64,000 nt of DNA from the NCBI GenBank assembly GCA_023262965.1, contig JALQXX010000001.1:22581-86580 (forward strand), in the 5' to 3' direction. The DNA comes from Candidatus Marinamargulisbacteria bacterium. GTDB lineage: Bacteria; Margulisbacteria; Marinamargulisbacteria; UBA817. A program made the position numbers and the translations under genes. Under the pieces are notes generated by a model. The model searched no databases. It worked only from the letters and a program-made list of their open reading frames with translations, and was not told where the DNA came from. Shown one piece after another: positions 41,691 through 50,848 of this stretch (position 1 is its first letter; each line of letters begins with the position of its first letter).

Positions 41691-43535
41691 TTAATTGGCA
41701 ACATTATCTGCTTGTTGAGGCAAGCTGATTGTGAAGGCAGTGCCTTCGGATTCATTGCAACAACATGTAATGGTCCCGTTATGGATGTGAACCAATTCCA
41801 ATACAATCGCCAATTCAATAAACGATACATCAATACGTTCGGCCAATATGGCGAATAACTTCGCTTCGAATGATAACTGAATTAAACGGATTTGATTGGG
41901 GAGGTAAATAACCGTATCGGTTTGAATAATGATCTTGCACGCATGTGTCGTTTGGGTGGCATTGCAATGAATCGTGGTATTTTCTGCTAATAAATGAATG
42001 CTGCTAACCAAATGTTGAATTATTTGACGTATTTTTTGCTTGTCGGCGGATATAAATAGCGGGTCAGGAGTGGTTTGAATATGCAATATATTGTATTTTT
42101 TTCGTAAATTCGGACCAAGGTAGTCCACAACCGTTGTAAATAATGTGGTTAAACAAAACCATTCCATATGTACGGTATAATCACCAGAGTATAAAATAGT
42201 GATATTCAATAAATTATTGATGTGGTTTTTGAGTATAATGGCATTATTTGAGCTGATATTTAGGCAGTCATGTTGTTTGGGGTTTAAGGCGCCATTGTAC
42301 TCTTTTTGCAGGATATTTATGAAACCCATAATCGACGTCAGGGGTGTTTTGAGCTCCTGAATGATCGTTCGTAAAATGGTGTTTTTAATGGTTCGGGATT
42401 GATGCTCTTTTGTAATGTTTCGAATAACCGTAATCAATCCCATTTTTTTAGCGTTTGCATCAATGATGGGGGACATGGTGATGTGATAAAATTGTTTTTT
42501 GTAAGGGCCATCTGGAATGCTGATTTCTCGACACAATGATGTTGATTCGTCCTCGATGCTATGGTTTGAAAATAAAGATACAAAATTCTCATTTTTTATA
42601 TATTTTAAAATGTTCTGCCCTTTTGCGCGATCGGTTGAAAACGTGAGCATGGTTTCAGCCGCACGATTGGCCATCACCAGCTTGTAGTTGAGATCCGTAA
42701 TAATAATCGCGTCGGGAAACTGGGAAAGAATCAATTTGGAGCGATTTTTTTCAAAGATTAATTCATCCGTTTGTTGTTTGGTATTGATGATCATGGTGTT
42801 AATGCCTTGTGCTAAAAAACCCAATTCATCGTTACTTCGTACTTTCATAGTGGGTATCAATTGACCGGATCCAATTTTTTTGGTAACATCTATGATTTCT
42901 GATACCGTTCGGGTGATGTTTTTGAGAAGCCAATTAAATAAGGCGATCAATAGGCTGCTGACAATAAATAATGTAATGACAATGATCAAATACGCCCATT
43001 GCTTTTTGGTATGAATGTCGGTCATATTGATTGTAACCATTAGGGTGAGGTTTTTAATCAGGGGATGATCAAAACGAAATGTGCGAAACCACTGATGCTG
43101 TATATGGTAATCGGATACGAGTGATGCACGTTGTAAGGGTGTTTTGCGATTTGTATCATGAATGGCATACATGTGGGAACCTTCCGTGTAATACAATTGT
43201 GGGATAGCGTTGGGAAATAGCCGCTGCCACATTGGAATGGGCAATGCCATTTTGTGGCCTATTGAGTAAATCCATAATTGGTTGCGGGTGTTTTGTAGAT
43301 GTAATTCGGTGGATTTACTCAAGTTAGTATTGGGAAATTGATAAAAATAATTTTGAATAATGGTTTCGTATAGATGATGGTGGCGTTGAATGGCGTAGGT
43401 TTCTGCGTAACGATACAATTCGGTATCAAAATAATGATCAATGACTTGAATGCACATCACCAAAATAGAGAAAGTCATGAAGAGTGTAATAAATAAAAAT
43501 GGAAGTAAGATACGATGACGAATGGATAGTATCAT
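41691..43535 (-). CDS. sensor histidine-kinase-like membrane protein (2 TM, HAMP, PAS, DHp, CA); probably degenerate (H-box His replaced by Gln)
   Basis: Domain order is recognisable, but the H-box reads IIQELKTPLTSIMGF instead of xHELKTPL, and the G1/G2 boxes are poorly conserved. No response regulator in the window. Confidence 0.6.
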   Translation of the reverse strand: MILSIRHRILLPFLFITLFMTFSILVMCIQVIDHYFDTELYRYAETYAIQRHHHLYETIIQNYFYQFPNTNLSKSTELHLQNTRNQLWIYSIGHKMALPIPMWQRLFPNAIPQLYYTEGSHMYAIHDTNRKTPLQRASLVSDYHIQHQWFRTFRFDHPLIKNLTLMVTINMTDIHTKKQWAYLIIVITLFIVSSLLIALFNWLLKNITRTVSEIIDVTKKIGSGQLIPTMKVRSNDELGFLAQGINTMIINTKQQTDELIFEKNRSKLILSQFPDAIIITDLNYKLVMANRAAETMLTFSTDRAKGQNILKYIKNENFVSLFSNHSIEDESTSLCREISIPDGPYKKQFYHITMSPIIDANAKKMGLITVIRNITKEHQSRTIKNTILRTIIQELKTPLTSIMGFINILQKEYNGALNPKQHDCLNISSNNAIILKNHINNLLNITILYSGDYTVHMEWFCLTTLFTTVVDYLGPNLRKKYNILHIQTTPDPLFISADKQKIRQIIQHLVSSIHLLAENTTIHCNATQTTHACKIIIQTDTVIYLPNQIRLIQLSFEAKLFAILAERIDVSFIELAIVLELVHIHNGTITCCCNESEGTAFTISLPQQADNVAN

Positions 43536-43539
43536 GCGA

Positions 43540-44250
43540 TCAGTTTGTCGTCATGGCGTATAAAATGATGCCGGTTGCAACGGATACGTTTAGAGAATTG
43601 GTGTTGCCAGGCATGGGAATGTGAACGTACTCATCAACCAATGGGGCGAGTCCCGGAGAAATGCCGTTATGTTCCGCGCCACAGATGAGCACGAGTGGCG
43701 TATTGAATGCTGTATGGGGAAGAGCGCTTCCGGTGTTGGATGATGCAGCATATACCCAGTAACCGGCTTTTTTTAATAGTCGTAGTGTGTTTCCGACATT
43801 CACCACTTTTGTGAATGTCATGGATGGCATGGTGCCTGCAGCGGCTTTCTCAACCGCGGGGGTTAGTGGAACGGCACGATCTTTGGGATAAATCAGGTGG
43901 GATACCCCAAAGGCCACTGCCGATCGGCAGATGGCCCCAACGTTATGGGGATCGTTTAGATGATCCAAAACAAGGATGTGGTTAGGGGCTTTAGCGATCA
44001 ATTCGGGTACCGTCATTTGGGGATAATCATGGGTGAGGCATGCGATGCCTTGATGGTCACCGGAAAATCGTTCATTAAATTGCTGATTGCTGAGCCATTG
44101 AATCGCAATTCGCTGGGATTTAGCGGATGCAATCAGTTGATTTAAGGCGTTATCCATCCGCCGCTCTTTAACAAATAGTTTTTCAATCGGGGTATGGGTG
44201 TTTAATAATGCCTGAACAGCGTGTCGGCCTATGACAATACGTGATGACAT
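43540..44250 (-). CDS. rlmB: SpoU/TrmH-family RNA 2'-O-methyltransferase (RlmB-like)
   Basis: SPOUT motifs LVLDHLNDPHNVGAICRSA, LICGAEHNGIS, SLNVSVATGIILY. Confidence 0.8.
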   Translation of the reverse strand: MSSRIVIGRHAVQALLNTHTPIEKLFVKERRMDNALNQLIASAKSQRIAIQWLSNQQFNERFSGDHQGIACLTHDYPQMTVPELIAKAPNHILVLDHLNDPHNVGAICRSAVAFGVSHLIYPKDRAVPLTPAVEKAAAGTMPSMTFTKVVNVGNTLRLLKKAGYWVYAASSNTGSALPHTAFNTPLVLICGAEHNGISPGLAPLVDEYVHIPMPGNTNSLNVSVATGIILYAMTTN

Positions 44251-45500
44251 GCGTCAATAAATCGGGTTAGACCCTCGTCCAATTCGTCTTTAGTGATGAT
44301 AAGTGGTGGCATTAATCGAATAACGTGACCGTGTCGCCCACATGATAAAATTAGTAACTGATTTTGAAGGCATCGATCGCGGATACGTTTGACTATTTCA
44401 GCGTTGGGGGCACCGGTTTCGGTTACCCATTCGATCCCAATCATGAGGCCTTTGGCGCGGATATCCCCAACATACGGATGATTGGCGAATGCCGCTTGCA
44501 AGCGAGCATAGGCGTGTTCTCCTAAGGTAGTAACGGTGGGCAATTGGTCTTGTAAGATACGTAAAGTGGCACAAGCCGCCGCACAGGTCAATGGGTTGCC
44601 ACCATAGGTTCCTCCGTGGGATCCGGTCTTCCATGCGGCCATAATGCTCGGAGTAGACAGGCAGGCCCCTAAGGGCAATCCAGAGGCAATGCCTTTGGCG
44701 GTGGTTAAAATATCGGGTGTAATCGCGTAATGCTGGTAGTAAAACCATTGGCCGGTTCGGCCAATTCCCGACTGAATTTCATCAAATATCAAAAAGACGC
44801 CTGTAGCATTGCACCAATCCCGTAGGATTTGCAATACCGATGCAGGAGCGGGTACGTAGCCACCTTCCCCCAGGAAGGGTTCGATAATAACCGCAGCCGT
44901 TTGGTTGGCGTCAACAGCCGATAGCGCGTTTTTTAAGTAATCACTATACCCAGACTCGGTATGTAATGGCGGATTATTTCGAAAAAAATACGGATATTCC
45001 AAAACGATGCGATGGGGAATGGCCATGGGGTAACGATCCACGTAATTGGGATTGGAGGTGGTTACGGACAGGGATCCCAAGGTCCGCCCATGAAAGCCCC
45101 CGTTAAACGATACAATTTGTTGGGCATTTCGGACATACATGGCGCATTTGAGAGCGGCTTCAATGGCTTCAGTGCCACTTTGCGTGAAAAATACCGAGCT
45201 TAGTTCACCGTTTGTGATACGGCCGAGTTCTTCGGCCAATAGAATATTTTGGTCGTAATAAATGACGCCTGCACACCCATGCAACAATGTCTGCGATTGG
45301 GTGTGGATGGCCGCAACCACCTCGGGGTGGCAATGACCGGTTGAATTAACGGCGATCCCGGCGCCAAAATCCAAATAGGCCTGATCGGCGTAATCGATTA
45401 AATAACAACCCCTTCCGTGCTTGATTTCAAGGGTGGTGGCGTGACCAAGCACGCTTGATAAACAGGTTTTGGATCGATCCACTAAATGCAAATGTGCCAT
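44229..45500 (-). CDS. class-III PLP-dependent aminotransferase (acetylornithine/GABA aminotransferase-like)
   Basis: DEIQSGIGRTGQWF, TTAKGIASGLPLGA (Lys for the PLP Schiff base); start at the internal Met. Confidence 0.8.
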   Translation of the reverse strand: MAHLHLVDRSKTCLSSVLGHATTLEIKHGRGCYLIDYADQAYLDFGAGIAVNSTGHCHPEVVAAIHTQSQTLLHGCAGVIYYDQNILLAEELGRITNGELSSVFFTQSGTEAIEAALKCAMYVRNAQQIVSFNGGFHGRTLGSLSVTTSNPNYVDRYPMAIPHRIVLEYPYFFRNNPPLHTESGYSDYLKNALSAVDANQTAAVIIEPFLGEGGYVPAPASVLQILRDWCNATGVFLIFDEIQSGIGRTGQWFYYQHYAITPDILTTAKGIASGLPLGACLSTPSIMAAWKTGSHGGTYGGNPLTCAAACATLRILQDQLPTVTTLGEHAYARLQAAFANHPYVGDIRAKGLMIGIEWVTETGAPNAEIVKRIRDRCLQNQLLILSCGRHGHVIRLMPPLIITKDELDEGLTRFIDACHHVLS

Positions 45501-45569
45501 TGTATTACCATTAAACCGAATCTCTATTAAAACATCAATCAAATAGTCAAAACACCGGGTCGGGGCCGC

Positions 45570-46460
45570 TTATTCGGATGATGTGGGGGGGGATATGTGA
45601 CGCAAAAATGTTTCGGTTAGGTGCTTGTTGGGGATGTGGGTGTAGCGTTCGGTACTGAGAATAGAGCTGTGTCCCAAAAATTCTTGAACATCACGCATGG
45701 GCGCCCCATTTGAAATCAGGAGATTGGCGCAGGTATGACGGCAGCCGTGCGGTGTAATGACACTATCGGCGGAATGGAATTGATTGGCTTTTTTAACAAT
45801 GCGCTGAATGCTTCGAACGGTTAATGGGGTTCCGGATTTGGCATAAAATACGTAATCATGGCGTGGCAGTGGCCATTCGTTAGCGGCGTGATTCAGGTAA
45901 TCCTGAATGTGGCGCATAGCACGCGGCCCCAGCAAGGCCATACGGGTTTTATTGCCTTTTCCGTGGATGCGGCAGATGGCGTTATGAGAATCGATGGCGG
46001 ATCGGGTGAGGGTGGTGAGCTCGCTGACCCGTATACCAGAGCACAACAGTACCGCAAGAATCGCTTTATTGCGCTTATCCATAACGGTGGATTCGGGATA
46101 ATTATGCAACAGCTCCATAACACGGGATTCTTCAAGATGGGAGGGAATATGACGATGCGGCTTGGGGCGTCGAATCGGTGCCCATGGATTCTTGTCCACA
46201 TGATTGGCCTGTATTAGGAAACGCCAAAACTGACTTAAAGCCACTATCTTACGATAAATGCTGGTGTGTGAATAAGCCCGATTATGTAGGGCCTCGAGGT
46301 ACGCATGGATAACGGTATCGGATACATGGTTCAGGTCCGTTAGGCCGGTTAAGGCAACAAACTGATGCGTATCCCGAATATATGCGTCAACAGTGTGGGA
46401 CGATCGGCGGCATTGAAAGCGCAGATACGCATCAAACTGCTGAATCCGTTGAGAGATCAT
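45570..46460 (-). CDS. tyrosine site-specific recombinase (XerC/XerD-like)
   Basis: C-terminal HGCRHTCANLL...LGHSSILSTERYTHI (R..HxxR..Y); N-terminal SAM-like core-binding domain; start uncertain (overlaps the upstream gene). Confidence 0.8.
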   Translation of the reverse strand: MISQRIQQFDAYLRFQCRRSSHTVDAYIRDTHQFVALTGLTDLNHVSDTVIHAYLEALHNRAYSHTSIYRKIVALSQFWRFLIQANHVDKNPWAPIRRPKPHRHIPSHLEESRVMELLHNYPESTVMDKRNKAILAVLLCSGIRVSELTTLTRSAIDSHNAICRIHGKGNKTRMALLGPRAMRHIQDYLNHAANEWPLPRHDYVFYAKSGTPLTVRSIQRIVKKANQFHSADSVITPHGCRHTCANLLISNGAPMRDVQEFLGHSSILSTERYTHIPNKHLTETFLRHISPPTSSE

Positions 46461-47205
46461 GGGAATTGTTCGTATTGACCGGGTGATCCGGGCTATCAGC
46501 GACCCTGTCGCCAGGATTCGCTGGGGACGTATCGGCAACACCATCGTTGCTGGGTGTTGCCGGAAAATAATCGGCCCGATTGGCATCCGTTAACGGGATC
46601 CAGTCTCCGTTGGATTCCACCCACAGCTCACGTTCGGCGGTTTTTCGGGTGTCAATATGCACATGATTGTTGTCAATGTTGAGCCCCAATCCTTTAATAT
46701 CGGGGAATGTTTCGGCAATTTGGAACAACTCGTAAATGCTCATGTCCGGGACTTGGATGTCGGCCGCAATGCCTTGGGGGTGAACGTCTCGTTTAATACC
46801 GTATTTTTGGGTGCGGCATTCGGGGCAATAGTACCCCGTACAAATGGTGATTTTTTTGCCGATTTGTGCCCGAATCGCTTCGATGACCCCCACCAGACCC
46901 AGGCTAATACGCAATGATTGCGAACAGGAACAGTCTTTTTTTCGGGAATCAAAATCACGTTTGACAAAATGCTCCGATATGCGGTATCGATTCCATTTGG
47001 AATCCGGGCGTGACTTACGGTACGGACGTTTATTGGGTAACTGGGCTGAAAATAGCGTTTCGGAGGCAGCATCTGGTTTCGATACGGATGGCCTGGACTG
47101 ATTTAAGGGCGATTTGTTGATCTGCTGGGATCCCGATCGGCGTGGCCGCCTACGGCGACGTCTGGCCCCGGATTCCTTGGATGACGACGGTTCTTTTTTA
47201 TTCAT
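46432..47205 (-). CDS. M15-family zinc peptidase (DUF882/YcbK-like) with a ~90-aa Arg/Lys/Ser-rich disordered N-terminus and no signal peptide
   Basis: HPQGIAADI (HxxGxAxD) and NHVHIDTR zinc-ligand motifs; N-terminus ARRRRRRPRRSG. Confidence 0.6.
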   Translation of the reverse strand: MNKKEPSSSKESGARRRRRRPRRSGSQQINKSPLNQSRPSVSKPDAASETLFSAQLPNKRPYRKSRPDSKWNRYRISEHFVKRDFDSRKKDCSCSQSLRISLGLVGVIEAIRAQIGKKITICTGYYCPECRTQKYGIKRDVHPQGIAADIQVPDMSIYELFQIAETFPDIKGLGLNIDNNHVHIDTRKTAERELWVESNGDWIPLTDANRADYFPATPSNDGVADTSPANPGDRVADSPDHPVNTNNSHDLSTDSAV

Positions 47206-47837
47206 AATAATGTCATTGTAGCATAAAAATCCAATGCAATTTTAACCTCTTTCATATCTTGCCAGGTGAGCCACTTGGGAGAGCCTTTTTCTTTGGAGGC
47301 ATTTCGAAGTAAATATGAGGGGTGAAACATAGGCATTATGTAAAGCTCATGGGTCATGTAGGATACGGGCGTGGTTACCCATAGGCCACGCTGTTTTGAA
47401 ATAGGATCGGTGGTCCCTAAAAAATCCCGCACAGCGGCAGTACCCAATAAAATAATAATTTGGGGTTGAACCAGTTGTATTTGTCGGATTAAAAAAGGCT
47501 GACAAGCAGTCATTTCGGCGGGGGTGGGTGTGCGATTTTCGGGTGGACGGCATTTGACAGTGTTGGTGATATAGGTGCGTTCGCGATCGATACCTACGGA
47601 CGATAGAATCGAGGTTAGGAGCTGTCCCGCACGACCCACAAAGGGGAGACCTTGCTCATCTTCTTGCTGGCCGGGCCCTTCACCAATAATCATGAGCGGT
47701 GCGGGTACGGGGCCACTACAAAACACCACATGGTGACGGTCTTGGCACAAACCACAGGCCCGGCATTGGTTAGCGGTATCCCGCAGTTGGTCATGGTTGT
47801 GGTTATCGTATGGGGTGGGTTGGTCAATCGCAATCAT
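47202..47837 (-). CDS. family-4 uracil-DNA glycosylase
   Basis: CRACGLC, GEGPGQQEDEQGLPFVGRAGQLL, HPSYLLR motifs. Confidence 0.85.
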   Translation of the reverse strand: MIAIDQPTPYDNHNHDQLRDTANQCRACGLCQDRHHVVFCSGPVPAPLMIIGEGPGQQEDEQGLPFVGRAGQLLTSILSSVGIDRERTYITNTVKCRPPENRTPTPAEMTACQPFLIRQIQLVQPQIIILLGTAAVRDFLGTTDPISKQRGLWVTTPVSYMTHELYIMPMFHPSYLLRNASKEKGSPKWLTWQDMKEVKIALDFYATMTLL

Positions 47838-48676
47838 GTGATGAGTAAGGATATGTCCAATGCGTTGGCTGAATGGGTAAGCGCCCCAACACTGATCCGG
47901 TCGATGGCCATACCGCGATAGGCGGCAATGGTGTCCAAACGTATGTTTCCTGAAACCTCTTTTAAAATATGGGGCGCCAGGCGGTTAATACGATCAATAC
48001 TCTGGTGAATAGCGGCATGCGTCATATTATCACACATAATGACATCGATGGCGGGCAAATGCAATTCATCGATTAGATCGGGGGATTGAACCTCGATTTC
48101 AACCCCGATGTGGGGATTTGCTGCCTTAAATGCGATTAATTGATCGTTGAGTGCGGGAATGCCGTAGGTGGTGATGTAGGGCCGCAAGTGGTTCTCTTTA
48201 ATGAGCATCATGTCATACAGGCCGTGGCGGTGATTGTAGCCACCGCCGCAGACGACGGCTTGCTTTTCGAGCCCGCGCATGAGAGGGGTGGTTTTTCGTG
48301 TATCCAAAATGTGAATCCGGGGATCGTTCAATGCCCGGACATAGGCCTGGGTGAGTGTCGCGACCCCGCTTAAATGTTGAATGATATTGAGTAGGGTTCG
48401 CTCAAGGGCCAAAATGGATTGAATCGACCCCGATAGATGACAACAGATGTCATGGGGAGCGAGGGCTGCACCGTCGGGTTTGACGTGGGTTAGGGTGATG
48501 TCGGGATAAATCTCTGGAATGGTGTTGAGTACCACGTGGCCAAAGAAAACGCCGGAGGCTTTGGCTTGCATAACGGCTTTAGCGGATAGGGGGGTTGGCA
48601 ATAGGGTCTCTGTGGTGATGTCGCCCGATTGAATATCTTCCTGTAACGCCGATAACACCCATTCTTTTATTGACAT
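47834..48676 (-). CDS. nadC: nicotinate-nucleotide pyrophosphorylase (carboxylating), quinolinate phosphoribosyltransferase
   Basis: QPRTase fold (LQEDIQSGDITT, DTRKTTPLMRGLEK, MLIKENH); start at the internal Met (MSIKEW). Confidence 0.85.
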   Translation of the reverse strand: MSIKEWVLSALQEDIQSGDITTETLLPTPLSAKAVMQAKASGVFFGHVVLNTIPEIYPDITLTHVKPDGAALAPHDICCHLSGSIQSILALERTLLNIIQHLSGVATLTQAYVRALNDPRIHILDTRKTTPLMRGLEKQAVVCGGGYNHRHGLYDMMLIKENHLRPYITTYGIPALNDQLIAFKAANPHIGVEIEVQSPDLIDELHLPAIDVIMCDNMTHAAIHQSIDRINRLAPHILKEVSGNIRLDTIAAYRGMAIDRISVGALTHSANALDISLLIT

Positions 48677-48696
48677 CTCATGTATAATAAACAAAA

Positions 48697-49530
48697 ATGC
48701 GAAAAAAAGACAGGGATAAGGCGTGCCTTTCGGTACTGCTGATTCAAATGGCGAGTGGGGAAGATCCCTTAGAAAATAAGCAGCAAATGCTGTCGGAATT
48801 GGCACGTCATTCAATGGATGATGTGGACCTGGTGATTGTTCCGGAAATGTTTAATTATCGCATGATTCAATCATCCGCGGTTCCTGCAAATCTGATGGCG
48901 GATACCATGGTATGGCTGTCGGATATGGCAAAAGACCATGGGGTGTATGTGATCGCAGGTAGTATGATAGAGACGGGGGGAGATCGGTATTGCAATACCA
49001 CATGGGTGCTGGATGATGGGGGTCGAATTGTGGAATCGTATCGAAAAATGCATTTATTTGATGCCGTTGTGGCCGGGGTGAATATGGGGGAATCGAATCG
49101 GTTTTTGGCCGGTAATGCGCCGAAATGCGTGTCGATTTATGGATGGTGCATTGGGCTTAGCATCTGTTATGATATTCGGTTTCCGGAATTGTATCGGCAT
49201 TATTTTTTGGAACAGGTGGATGCGGTGGTCATTCCATCGTCGTTTACCTATGAAACGGGGGCTAAGCATTGGGAGGTGCTGTGCCGAGCACGGGCCATTG
49301 AAAATCAATGCTATGTTGTTGCCCCCAATCAATCCGGCGTCGGGGCGCGTGGGGTACGTACATATGGCCGAAGTCTGGCGGTGGATCCAGATGGCCTGAT
49401 TCTGGCGTGTTGCGATGAGACGGGGGTTAGCAGTGTGCGTGTTGTATTGGATAAAGGGGTGATTGCTACGGTTCGATCGCGTATCCCCGTGAAGAAACAT
49501 TGCCGGTTGTCTAATTTATCACTGACATAA
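48697..49530 (+). CDS. carbon-nitrogen hydrolase (nitrilase-superfamily amidohydrolase)
   Basis: VIVPEMFNY (Glu), CYDIRFPELYR (Cys nucleophile), Lys in between: the E-K-C triad. Confidence 0.75.
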   Translation: MRKKDRDKACLSVLLIQMASGEDPLENKQQMLSELARHSMDDVDLVIVPEMFNYRMIQSSAVPANLMADTMVWLSDMAKDHGVYVIAGSMIETGGDRYCNTTWVLDDGGRIVESYRKMHLFDAVVAGVNMGESNRFLAGNAPKCVSIYGWCIGLSICYDIRFPELYRHYFLEQVDAVVIPSSFTYETGAKHWEVLCRARAIENQCYVVAPNQSGVGARGVRTYGRSLAVDPDGLILACCDETGVSSVRVVLDKGVIATVRSRIPVKKHCRLSNLSLT

Positions 49531-49544
49531 CCATTTATAAGCGT

Positions 49545-49567
49545 GAATCATTGGATCCCCATGATTC
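49545..49567. terminator. weak inverted repeat in the convergent gap (GAATCAT-N9-ATGATTC)
   Basis: 7-bp stem between convergent genes; flanks are AT-rich with no strong U-run. Confidence 0.25.
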
Positions 49568-49601
49568 TATATTGGAAAATAACAGCTAATTAAAAAATAT
49601 A

Positions 49602-49952
49602 TTAACAAACCGCCGAGTCAAGTGTTTGAAACAGCTGAATGGTTTTTTTGGTAGCGGACACAATTCCGGACATGGCAAACATCTTGGTGATGGTATCTTG
49701 TGAACAAACAATCCGCAATTGACCGGATTTTTCAATGAGTTTTTTGCCGGCAATGGCAATTGTTCCCAATCCCACACTATCCACAAACGATACCTCGTTT
49801 AAATCTAAAACAATTTCTTTAACGTTGGATTCATCGATTAAACGTGAAAACGTTTGGGTTAATCGACGCGATTGATAGTCATCCAACTCGCCTTTTAATG
49901 TAATAATTTTCCAATTTTTATTTTGGGATACATTTATTGCTAAATCAATCAT
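49602..49952 (-). CDS. STAS-domain anti-sigma-factor antagonist (SpoIIAA/RsbV-like)
   Basis: 116 aa; LDLNEVSFVDSVGLGTI (phosphorylatable Ser context). Confidence 0.75.
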   Translation of the reverse strand: MIDLAINVSQNKNWKIITLKGELDDYQSRRLTQTFSRLIDESNVKEIVLDLNEVSFVDSVGLGTIAIAGKKLIEKSGQLRIVCSQDTITKMFAMSGIVSATKKTIQLFQTLDSAVC

Positions 49953-50023
49953 TCCAAGACTCCTCTATGTTCATGTTTTATATCTCTCTTATCATTCAGT
50001 GTACACCACGATTGTGGAAATAT

Positions 50024-50794
50024 TCAATGAATGTCCCGAATATAGTCCACAACGGTATGGTGAACCACACGATTACTGGTGATGACGTTTCCTGAATAAA
50101 TTGTGTCTTTGCCGGATGTGTCACTAAATTGCCCGCCCGCTTCTTCGACAATAATTTTGAGCGGGGCAATATCCCAGGCATTTAAATTAAAGTCAATTGC
50201 GTATTCGCCGCAGCCCATGGCCACCAGCATATGCGGATAAAAATCCCCAAAGCCGCGCTGACGCCCGGTATCCCGCAGTAAATCAATCACACGGTCGGGT
50301 TGCTTGGACGCTTCGGAGCCGAATAAACTCCCGTAAAAGCCGTTGGCATTCGCTAGCGAATCAATGCCCGATACGTGAATACGATCGCCATTGTAGTAGG
50401 CCCCGTGGCCTTTTTGCGCCCACCATCGGCCATGAAGGGCGGGTGCCGAGACCATGCCCGCAATGACCTGACCATTATCTTCAATCGCAAATAATGACCC
50501 AAAAAAGGGCAGTCCGCGAATAAAATTTTTGGTGCCATCAATGGGGTCAATAATCAATTTTAAGGTCGAATTGGGGTGTAATGTACTGCCGTACTCCTCC
50601 CCAATAATGGATAGGGGGAGATTCTGATCACGAACCGTCGCGCGGATGTGATTTTCAATGGCCAAATCGGCCGCAGATACCGGCGTTTGGTTATCTTTAA
50701 TTTGCACATCCAATTTGCTGGATTTGAAGTGACTCATAGCGATTGTGTCGGCATGATCGGCGATGGTGGTTAAAAAGGGTATCCAGTGTGTCAT
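50024..50794 (-). CDS. inositol-monophosphatase-family phosphatase (SuhB/HisN/CysQ-like)
   Basis: IIDPIDGTKNF and WDIAPLKIIVEEAGG motifs. Confidence 0.8.
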   Translation of the reverse strand: MTHWIPFLTTIADHADTIAMSHFKSSKLDVQIKDNQTPVSAADLAIENHIRATVRDQNLPLSIIGEEYGSTLHPNSTLKLIIDPIDGTKNFIRGLPFFGSLFAIEDNGQVIAGMVSAPALHGRWWAQKGHGAYYNGDRIHVSGIDSLANANGFYGSLFGSEASKQPDRVIDLLRDTGRQRGFGDFYPHMLVAMGCGEYAIDFNLNAWDIAPLKIIVEEAGGQFSDTSGKDTIYSGNVITSNRVVHHTVVDYIRDIH

Positions 50795-50848
50795 AGGGTT
50801 TATTATGCCGTAATTGGTGTCAACACACAATCGGCAAATACTGGGGGA

